From assembly GCA_019056875.1 (NCBI GenBank), contig DXJA01000471.1, positions 1-34,298 of the forward strand: 34,298 nt of DNA, written 5' to 3'. The position numbers and the translations under genes are program-made. The number at the start of each line of letters is the position of its first letter. Position 1 is the first letter of the stretch. The notes below the pieces were generated by a model. The model saw only the letters and a program-made list of their open reading frames with translations, was not told where the DNA came from and ran no database searches. Shown here piece by piece: positions 17,585 through 24,176 of this stretch. The DNA comes from Candidatus Jordarchaeum madagascarense (lineage in GTDB: Archaea; Asgardarchaeota; Jordiarchaeia; Jordiarchaeales; Jordiarchaeaceae).

Positions 17585-19153
17585 TTGGAGGCGACTCCAA
17601 CCTTCGTAGACCTCGCAACCTTCATGACCAAAGGCTTAACGGTGAAACCAGCCGCCGAGTTCGTCAGCCCCTCTGTGGAGTACGATTTCAAACTGGGTAA
17701 GGTGATCGAAACCGAGGTTTACAAGGAAGACGTGGACGTTGGATTAAAAATCGAACACCTACACCGCGGTATCATGGTGGCTGGGGGAAGCCAAGAGGAA
17801 CGCACCGCTACGAATCTAAGCATAATATTTGAGGCTTCCAGATTTGCGTGGAATTACTTGATAGTAGACACGGGGAAACGGTTCAGAAGAATGGTGAATA
17901 TGAATCCTGAGACAAGGGTGTATCCCAGCAAGAGTATTTGTATAAATCCGCTGGACCCCGAGGATTCGAGCGTTTCCGAATACATTTCCCTCCTACTCAG
18001 ACTATTCCAGGTCCTGTGGAATCTCACCGATAGGCAGAGCATAGATTTGGGTGAGGCTCTAAGGAGCATCTATGAGAACCAGGACAGAGGCAGTGCTCCC
18101 ACTCTGGAGGATTTGAGGAGCGCTTTGATTAATCAGAGTTCGTCAAAGCTGAGGACTGCTCAGGAGAGAAGTGGAATAGAGGGGGTGATACGTAGCTTGA
18201 ACGGTCTGGTGTTATCGGAAGAGTCCCCCACAATAAACGGGCGTTCCACAATGCCCTTCAGAGACCTCCTGACAAACCCCACTATTATAGAGATTTCCCG
18301 AAATGATCAAATGTTCTCAAGCTTCTTCAAAGGAATGATGATAGTGAAGGCCCTAGCAACTGACAAGGGTAGGTATTCAATTTTTCTGGATGATGCGGAG
18401 GATGTTTTCAAAAACATTAAATACGGTAGAAGAACGGAGCAAGTTTACTTCCAGGAATCCCTAACGCGATGGGTGGAAAATCTGAAAAATATGAAAGTGG
18501 GGTTACACATCTCAACCCCTCTACCCCGACTAATCTACAATCCCATCCAGCCAATGATAGAAACCCAAATAGTCCACAAACTCGTTTCAAAAGAAGACAT
18601 CAACATAGTAGGAGAACTCATGGGGCTAGAGGAAAACGCACCGGGAATACACTCACTCAAGAGAGAACGCCTCTACCAAGCCACCTACTTCAAGTACCTC
18701 AAAGAGGACGAAGCGCTATTCCACCGACCAGACCTACCGACAGGATTCCCAATAGCCTTGCATTATCCCACAGTTGTGTACTCAAACACGCCCTCGGACC
18801 AAGAGATAAGAACAAGACTGGAAGAACTTTACCCCCCTCAGAACGTAAATCTCGTAGAAAGTTTACCATCCACGATGCTTGAGAGAGATTTCAAAAACGA
18901 AACGGAGGGCGCCGTAAAAATACTGGAACTACTCCATGAATATCCTCAACTCTCCCTCACAAACATAGTACAAAGCCTAAAAATAGAAGTCGACCCGGAA
19001 AAAATAAGGTATCTCATAGAGAAGCTCAAAGACTTGGAATATTTGAAGGAAACTCTAGAAGTCTGGAAGTCAAAAACCAAACGAGTATACTCTCTAACAC
19101 TGAAAGGGGAACAGGCACTAAAAGAATACACCGAATCTACACAGTTATACTAA
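17585..19153 (+). CDS. HerA/VirB4/FtsK-like NTPase-fold protein with degenerate P-loop and C-terminal winged helix
   Basis: The layout HRGIMVAGGSQEERTATNLSIIFE...NYLIVDTGKRF matches the P-loop-helix-strand pattern of HerA/VirB4-type ATPases, but GSQEERT replaces GSGKS/T. A Walker-B-like YSIFLDDAED lies at 18374-18403. The C-terminus, LSLTNIVQSLKIEVDPEKIRYLIEKLKDLEYLK...YSLTLKG, looks like a wHTH. The start codon is uncertain (TTG 17585). Confidence 0.6.
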   Translation: MEATPTFVDLATFMTKGLTVKPAAEFVSPSVEYDFKLGKVIETEVYKEDVDVGLKIEHLHRGIMVAGGSQEERTATNLSIIFEASRFAWNYLIVDTGKRFRRMVNMNPETRVYPSKSICINPLDPEDSSVSEYISLLLRLFQVLWNLTDRQSIDLGEALRSIYENQDRGSAPTLEDLRSALINQSSSKLRTAQERSGIEGVIRSLNGLVLSEESPTINGRSTMPFRDLLTNPTIIEISRNDQMFSSFFKGMMIVKALATDKGRYSIFLDDAEDVFKNIKYGRRTEQVYFQESLTRWVENLKNMKVGLHISTPLPRLIYNPIQPMIETQIVHKLVSKEDINIVGELMGLEENAPGIHSLKRERLYQATYFKYLKEDEALFHRPDLPTGFPIALHYPTVVYSNTPSDQEIRTRLEELYPPQNVNLVESLPSTMLERDFKNETEGAVKILELLHEYPQLSLTNIVQSLKIEVDPEKIRYLIEKLKDLEYLKETLEVWKSKTKRVYSLTLKGEQALKEYTESTQLY

Positions 19154-19228
19154 CAAACTTCGTGCTCTTGATCCTCTCCTCACTTTTTAGGTTTAAAGGG
19201 TAACGTAGAATGGTAAAGGATGTTAGAA

Positions 19229-19342
19229 ATGGTTGAAAGATTATTCGCAAAAAGGGCATACAACCTCTACAAGAACACCTATGACCTAGAAGGCCGTCGA
19301 CATTCCAGACCTTTCAAAGGAGACACTATTCACACTTACTAG
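19229..19342 (+). CDS. possible small basic protein (37 aa)
   Basis: The ORF MVERLFAKRAYNLYKNTYDLEGRRHSRPFKGDTIHTY is below the 60-aa cutoff of the ORF track. AAGGA lies 8 nt upstream of the ATG, the same spacing seen at several confident genes here. There is no other support. Confidence 0.3.
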   Translation: MVERLFAKRAYNLYKNTYDLEGRRHSRPFKGDTIHTY

Positions 19343-19354
19343 GGTGATACTGAT

Positions 19355-20560
19355 ATGCCTGACTCCGTTGAGGGGTGGATTGCCAAGGGCGATTATGCCC
19401 TATACCGAAAACGAAGGTATGAGGAATCCTTAGAGTGCTACGATAAAGCCCTGAAGATAGAGCCGGAGTGCGTGGTGGCTTGGGTTAGTAAGGGTGTGGC
19501 ACTAAGCAGTTTAGAACGGCTTAAGGAGGCTGTACAGTGCTACGACAAAGCCCTGAAGATAGAGTCAGAGTATGTTGATGCTTGGCTCAACAAGTTCTTG
19601 GACTTACAAAAACTGGGCAGAACCAAGGAAGCGGTAAACTGCTTCGATGAAGCGATGCAGCTAATGAGAGAGGGAAGGGGACTCCGAATCAACAAACGCA
19701 TAACCCTAATCAAAAATGACTCCCCGGATTACCACCTGATCTCCCAATGGCTACTGGAATTAAGACCGGGCAACAAGAACACGGTGGGGGACAGGTGCCT
19801 AGATCTGCTCAAAAACGAAAAGTTCGAAGAAGCCTTGGAGTGCTATAACAAGCGGGTAGAGTTGGAACCGGAAAACGAGGAGCTTTGGAACAATCGGGGC
19901 GTGGCTCTGCACACTTTGAGAAAAACTGAGCAGGCTCTAGAATCCTACAATAGGGCGCTGTGCATCAAACCGGACTATGAGGAAGCCCTGTTCAATAAGG
20001 GCCTAGCCCTCCTTGAGGGACTGTGGCTTGAGGAAGCAATAGAATGTTTTAACAAGGTTTTGTATGACAACCCGGATGATGTGCAGGCTCTTTATCAGAA
20101 AGGCTTTGCTCTGTGCAATTTGTGTAGGAGGGAGGAAGCCCTGCAGTGCTACGATAAAGCGCTGCAGATAAAACCGAGTGATGGTTATGTTTGGGTTATG
20201 AGGGGGGTGGTTCTTTTAAATTTGGGGCGAGGCGAAGAAGCATTAGAGTGCTATGATTGGGTGTTGCAGACGAATCCAAAGAATGTGTACGCTTTGAACG
20301 GTAAGGGTGTGGCTCTTTACCTCTCAGGGCGGAGCGAGGAGGCTTTGGAGTTCTACGATAAAGCCCTGAAGATAGAGACAAATATGGCGGCGCTCTGGCT
20401 CAACAAAAGTATTGCTCTTCGAAGCTTGGGAAGAATGGAGGAGACTGAGAGGTGTGAAAGTGAGGCCCATAGGCGGGACCCTGACCATGATTTTTCACAG
20501 GAATATTTCCAAAAAGTCTACAACCTCGCCCGGAAAGAGAAAGGGGAGACGGTGAAATAA
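19355..20560 (+). CDS. tetratricopeptide (TPR) repeat protein
   Basis: It contains many 34-aa repeats of the type EEALECYDKALKIEPExxxAWxxKGxAL. A GGTGA SD lies 6 nt upstream of the ATG. Confidence 0.9.
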   Translation: MPDSVEGWIAKGDYALYRKRRYEESLECYDKALKIEPECVVAWVSKGVALSSLERLKEAVQCYDKALKIESEYVDAWLNKFLDLQKLGRTKEAVNCFDEAMQLMREGRGLRINKRITLIKNDSPDYHLISQWLLELRPGNKNTVGDRCLDLLKNEKFEEALECYNKRVELEPENEELWNNRGVALHTLRKTEQALESYNRALCIKPDYEEALFNKGLALLEGLWLEEAIECFNKVLYDNPDDVQALYQKGFALCNLCRREEALQCYDKALQIKPSDGYVWVMRGVVLLNLGRGEEALECYDWVLQTNPKNVYALNGKGVALYLSGRSEEALEFYDKALKIETNMAALWLNKSIALRSLGRMEETERCESEAHRRDPDHDFSQEYFQKVYNLARKEKGETVK

Positions 20561-20561
20561 G

Positions 20562-21035
20562 TTGGAAAACAGGGATAAAAAGACGCGGAAACTGATAGAA
20601 GAAGTGAAGAAGGATCTTGAGTCTAGCACCTGCTGCACCCTTGGAGAGAGGGAGGATTACGGGGAAGATTGGCTAAACGTATACCGGCTAGAGGAAAAAA
20701 AATTCTCCGAGCTTTATGTTCCCATAGAGATTTACTTCAACCTTCGGGAAAAGACCATCTCTCTTCGCTTCGAACTTTCCCTCGGCCTACTCGATTTAGG
20801 AAAAAACAATAATATTAAGAAGATAGCAAACTGGCTCCGAGAATACGCCGACTACATAGAAGCAAAGGAAAAGGAAATACTGGAACTAGGATACTACACG
20901 GAGCAAACGGTGATCGATGGCATACACCCCATCTACTTCTTCTACCGCAAAGATTTCCCTCTAGACCAAGTTGGGGAATTAGTCAAGGAAGCGAAAAACC
21001 TCATAGAGAATGTTTGGATCATCGGCGTATTATAG
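20562..21035 (+). CDS. standalone X-domain protein (copy A of the five-member paralog family)
   Basis: The TTG start is 1 nt after the TPR stop, with GGTGA at 20551-20555. It shares the blocks CTL, YVPIEIYF, ISLRFELSLGL, IANWLREYA, ILELGY, IDGIH and YFFYRKD with the four other copies. Confidence 0.75.
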   Translation: MENRDKKTRKLIEEVKKDLESSTCCTLGEREDYGEDWLNVYRLEEKKFSELYVPIEIYFNLREKTISLRFELSLGLLDLGKNNNIKKIANWLREYADYIEAKEKEILELGYYTEQTVIDGIHPIYFFYRKDFPLDQVGELVKEAKNLIENVWIIGVL

Positions 21036-21134
21036 ACATAAGAAGACTAAAAAATAAGGATGAGGAGGTTTTATAATGAGGGAATCCGTCTTTTCCGCAG
21101 AGACTGTGAAAATGGTGAAATCGGATAAGGATAC

Positions 21135-21296
21135 TTAAGGCTTGATAAAGGCACTATTATTATACAAGGTTACTGCTATATAGATGTTAACAATCATAGT
21201 TGCCACAACACCAATTAACACTACCAGCGTTTTACTCCTAGAACGAATCTTTCTCCTAATAAGGAAATCTGGCATTCTAACCTTTTTCTCATCCAT
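21135..21296 (-). CDS. possible small single-pass membrane protein (53 aa)
   Basis: Hand translation gives MDEKKVRMPDFLIRRKIRSRSKTLVVLIGVVATMIVNIYIAVTLYNNSAFIKP, a basic N-terminus followed by one hydrophobic helix. GAGGGG lies just upstream of the ATG. It is below the ORF-track size cutoff. Confidence 0.3.
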   Translation of the reverse strand: MDEKKVRMPDFLIRRKIRSRSKTLVVLIGVVATMIVNIYIAVTLYNNSAFIKP

Positions 21297-21359
21297 ATCC
21301 CCTCAATCATACATCCGGAATCTTCCACATCACCTAATTTACTTTTTGAAACAGTTGAT

Positions 21360-21685
21360 CTAAATCAGAATTTTGGAGCCTGATTTACGGTTTAAAGGGT
21401 AGTCACTTCTTATGGTGACTTTTTCAAAAATCCATTCAAGCCTCCCCTCTTCATCAAATTTTGCCATTTTTTCTTTTACTATGACTGAGGGGAATTTATT
21501 TTTTCTCCATTCAGAAACTGTTTGTTCCCAGTATTCTTTGCATTTTTTTATTTCTCTCGGACTAAAACCTTTTTTGCCAACCGGGACTTTGTATGCACAT
21601 TATTATGGCAATTAAGACATAGTACCGCAAGATTCTCTAGTCGATTGTCTGACCGATTTCCATTAATATGATGGATTGAAGAAAG
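21360..21685 (-). pseudogene. HNH endonuclease remnant (N-terminally truncated, frameshifted)
   Basis: Minus-strand translation of 21685-21548 gives LSSIHHINGNRSDNRLENLAVLCLNCHNNVHTKSRLAKK, the HNH core (HH..N....N..LC..CH). An in-frame TGA lies immediately upstream at 21686-21688 and there is no start codon. The frame stops at 21548-21550, but another frame, overlapping around the A6 run (plus-strand T run 21570-21575), stays open to 21360 and reads KKGFSPREIKKCKEYWEQTVSEWRKNKF... Confidence 0.6.
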
Positions 21686-21969
21686 TCAAAGAACTTCTCT
21701 CCTTTCCAGATCAATTTCCTGATGAAATATTTAGATATCTAGATATATCACGTGATAAATTTGCTAGTGAACTTAAGAAGCTGTGGGAAAGGAGTGTAAC
21801 AGAAGTCAAAAATATTGAAGGGATCCAAGGTGGCAACTTGAAGTCGCTTTATGAATATTTCGAGGATTTGATTGAATTGCATAAACAATTGACAACTCTT
21901 AGAAGCAATACAGTCTCACTAAAAGAAAAAATTCAGCAATATGCGAAGATCAAGGAGGCTTTTCCATGA
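21676..21969 (+). CDS. hypothetical small helical protein (first gene of the three-gene cassette)
   Basis: 97-aa ORF with only a TTG start available and no convincing SD. Its 3' end carries the AAGGAGG SD (21952-21958) of the next gene and overlaps it (ATGA at 21966-21969). Its 5' end abuts and overlaps the HNH remnant on the opposite strand. Confidence 0.45.
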   Translation: MKKVKELLSFPDQFPDEIFRYLDISRDKFASELKKLWERSVTEVKNIEGIQGGNLKSLYEYFEDLIELHKQLTTLRSNTVSLKEKIQQYAKIKEAFP

Positions 21970-23099
21970 CAATCGAATTGTTAGGGGCGGTTCAAGAGAA
22001 GACAAAAATGTCAGACGACTTAAAGTATCGATTTGAGTTACTATTAACAAGACTTGAGGAAAGCAGAAAAAAGGGAATGATTATCTCTCTTCCTGAATTC
22101 GAAGCATATGGTTGGAGAAATCTTGGAGAATTCTTAGATAGGTTGGACGATGCAGTAAATACACCACTTATTGAAGAAGCCAGAAGCATTTTGGACAAAA
22201 TCGGAGTATCTCCCCAGACCCTTGACAAATTGAAATCCGTACTTTCGGTGAGAAGGGAAGGGCTGATAACAATTCTGAAGGAAATGAGCAAAGAATTCAA
22301 GAAGATTCAGAACGAAAGACTTCAGAACAGAGCTAGGGAGAATATAACAAAATTCGTGGATGAAGGTAGATGGGATGAATTAGTTGTAAGGGCAAGCAAC
22401 TGGCAGAAACTAGAAGAAGACCTAGGCTCACTGCTGAAAGGGATAACAAAAAACACATACCTATATAATACTGTGTTTGAGAAGGCTCTAGAGGAAGGCC
22501 CTGGAACTGGCATAATTGATAAACTCAAAGAAGTTGAAGTAAAAGCCTCACGTGTTGGCAGCGAAGCTCTGAGAGCGCGTATAAAATTTGAAGTAGCTCA
22601 AAGTCAAGCCAATCCTTTAGGCAGCGTAGAAGATGATCTGAACCAAATCGCGAAGAAGAAAGAGGAACTAAGACAACTTATGGGTGAGGAAGTTAATATT
22701 AACAAACTCATAGAAAGGAATGAACCATTATCAAAGATGATTGATAAGCTAAATGAGGATTATACGCGGGTAAAAGGCCTTTTTGACACGCAGTATCGAA
22801 CAATTGAGAAACTCTTGCAAACACACAACAATCTTACTACTATTCTCAAAAAGATATCAAAGGCTATGCCTCTTGAAATAAGTCTTAAGCGATTAAAAGA
22901 GTTTGGCGATGAACTTGAAGGAGAGATTAAAAAACTAGAGAGCGAGCTTGAGAAAACGCTTACAGCAGATGCGAGGAGATTCATTGAGAACCTGCTTGAA
23001 GGAAAATTACCAGATGGTTGGGATGAAAAGAAGATAGTTAGTACTCTCAAGGAAATTCTCGATAAGAAAATTTCGTTTGAAGTTAAGTTGAGGATGTGA
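21966..23099 (+). CDS. K/E-rich coiled-coil protein
   Basis: 377-aa ORF with AAGGAGG 7 nt upstream of the ATG. Heptad-like, charge-rich sequence runs throughout. There is no Walker A or other catalytic motif. Confidence 0.7.
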   Translation: MTIELLGAVQEKTKMSDDLKYRFELLLTRLEESRKKGMIISLPEFEAYGWRNLGEFLDRLDDAVNTPLIEEARSILDKIGVSPQTLDKLKSVLSVRREGLITILKEMSKEFKKIQNERLQNRARENITKFVDEGRWDELVVRASNWQKLEEDLGSLLKGITKNTYLYNTVFEKALEEGPGTGIIDKLKEVEVKASRVGSEALRARIKFEVAQSQANPLGSVEDDLNQIAKKKEELRQLMGEEVNINKLIERNEPLSKMIDKLNEDYTRVKGLFDTQYRTIEKLLQTHNNLTTILKKISKAMPLEISLKRLKEFGDELEGEIKKLESELEKTLTADARRFIENLLEGKLPDGWDEKKIVSTLKEILDKKISFEVKLRM

Positions 23100-23101
23100 C
23101 T

Positions 23102-23530
23102 ATGAAAGAAAAGGACGAATTTAAGTTGAGCCGAATTCTCAGCCGAATGCAAGGAGAAAGCGAGGCAATTTTTCCGTGGGGAAAAGCCAATATGGAAGTA
23201 AAATATATCAATTATTCTGCTGGGGGAAAGGGATGCCCTGATTCTCTACTTGTTCTTAACATCAGGATGCCTGTATTAGATCAGCAAGTTTCAGTTCAAG
23301 TTCCTGTACTTGTCGAAGCCGAGAAAGCAGGAATGGATGCTGCAATGATGGATCTAAAGAACTTTTGCGAACGCTCCATGAAAGGAGCGTTGGAGGGTGG
23401 TGGTAGTTCTTTTATTGAGATTCCTATGCTTGTAGTTACAGAAAAACCTAAACGTGGTGAAAAAGAGGTGCGAAAAGAATTGAGCGTAGTCTTCAAAATT
23501 CGCGAGATAAAGGTCGAGAATGGAAAATAA
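23102..23530 (+). CDS. small protein with a PD-(D/E)xK-like (restriction-endonuclease-fold-like) motif pattern
   Basis: The ATG at 23102 has GAGGA (23090-23094) 7 nt upstream and lies 2 nt after the preceding stop. The order GESEA ... CPDSLLVLNI ... VPVLVEAEKAG resembles the E / PD / ExK order of PD-(D/E)xK nucleases, although EAEK is not a strict ExK. Confidence 0.55.
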   Translation: MKEKDEFKLSRILSRMQGESEAIFPWGKANMEVKYINYSAGGKGCPDSLLVLNIRMPVLDQQVSVQVPVLVEAEKAGMDAAMMDLKNFCERSMKGALEGGGSSFIEIPMLVVTEKPKRGEKEVRKELSVVFKIREIKVENGK

Positions 23531-23569
23531 AACTTGTTTTTAGGATGATTTCCATTTTCGTAACTCATC

Positions 23570-23611
23570 GCGGTTTGTAACGAACGGTACTAGAAAACCT
23601 ACCGAAACCGC
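23570..23611 (+). other. imperfect stem-loop downstream of the cassette
   Basis: gcggttt (23570-23576) pairs with aaaccgc (23605-23611). An inner stem pairs cggta (23585-23589) with taccg (23600-23604) around a 10-nt loop. A T5 run at 23537-23541 precedes it, just after the stop codon. Confidence 0.5.
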
Positions 23612-23703
23612 TACTGTTCAAACCTATAGTCGCTAGGAAGACAAAGATGTAAATGAAGGTGCAGATTTTAGTATCACTTGAGGGCTATGAACTATGTTAG
23701 GGT

Positions 23704-24105
23704 TCAATCCAAGCTTAAGAAGTTGTATAGATTTTCGTAAGATGATGGGGGCTTGAAGTTGCATATCTTTGCTTGGTTAAATACGAAGCTGAAGAAATCC
23801 TGTAGGATAGGATAGAGCAGGGCTTCCAGTTCCTCGTTGGTAGGTTCTTCACCTCCTTCTATGAGTTTTTCTCTAATGATTTCTTTCATATTTTCAACCG
23901 CATCTCTCGGGTGCGTCCATCCATGACGCGTACTAGTTTCGTTTAGGAAACCCAACCACATTAAATCGTCATATAATCCTCTTCCTAACTTGTAACACCT
24001 TCCGTATTTCTCGTCTAAAGCTTTTGTGATTCGTTCGGCTATTACTCCAATTTTCTGACGTATCGCCACAGTTGCTGCTCCTGACCACCTTGCCATTTTT
24101 ATCAC
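23704..24105 (-). CDS. hypothetical protein
   Basis: 133-aa ORF lying 71 nt downstream of the 794-aa HEAT-X gene on the same strand. I recognise no motif. Confidence 0.5.
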   Translation of the reverse strand: MIKMARWSGAATVAIRQKIGVIAERITKALDEKYGRCYKLGRGLYDDLMWLGFLNETSTRHGWTHPRDAVENMKEIIREKLIEGGEEPTNEELEALLYPILQDFFSFVFNQAKICNFKPPSSYENLYNFLSLD

Positions 24106-24176
24106 CTCTCAAGAATCACGCCAATGTTTTCTTTAATTGGATGAAGCTCCTCCAAAATGCAGATTGGTTTGGACAT

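Noticed and set aside
18469-18882. 137-aa alternative-frame ORF on the same strand inside the NTPase-like gene.
   Set aside because: The translation is a P/R/S/T-rich low-complexity string. The annotated frame gives ordinary globular sequence continuous with the N- and C-terminal parts.
21076-21138. 20-codon ORF (MRESVFSAETVKMVKSDKDT) with a perfect GAGGAGG SD 7 nt upstream.
   Set aside because: It is too short to evaluate, its 3' end overlaps (on the opposite strand) the stop of the candidate 53-aa ORF, and it may be a relic translation start of a deleted gene in the islet.
23700-23710. gggttcaatcc, reminiscent of a tRNA T-arm, near the islet boundary (a possible integration-site remnant).
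   Set aside because: No complementary stem follows and there is no acceptor-stem partner nearby. It overlaps the 3' end of the 133-aa ORF.
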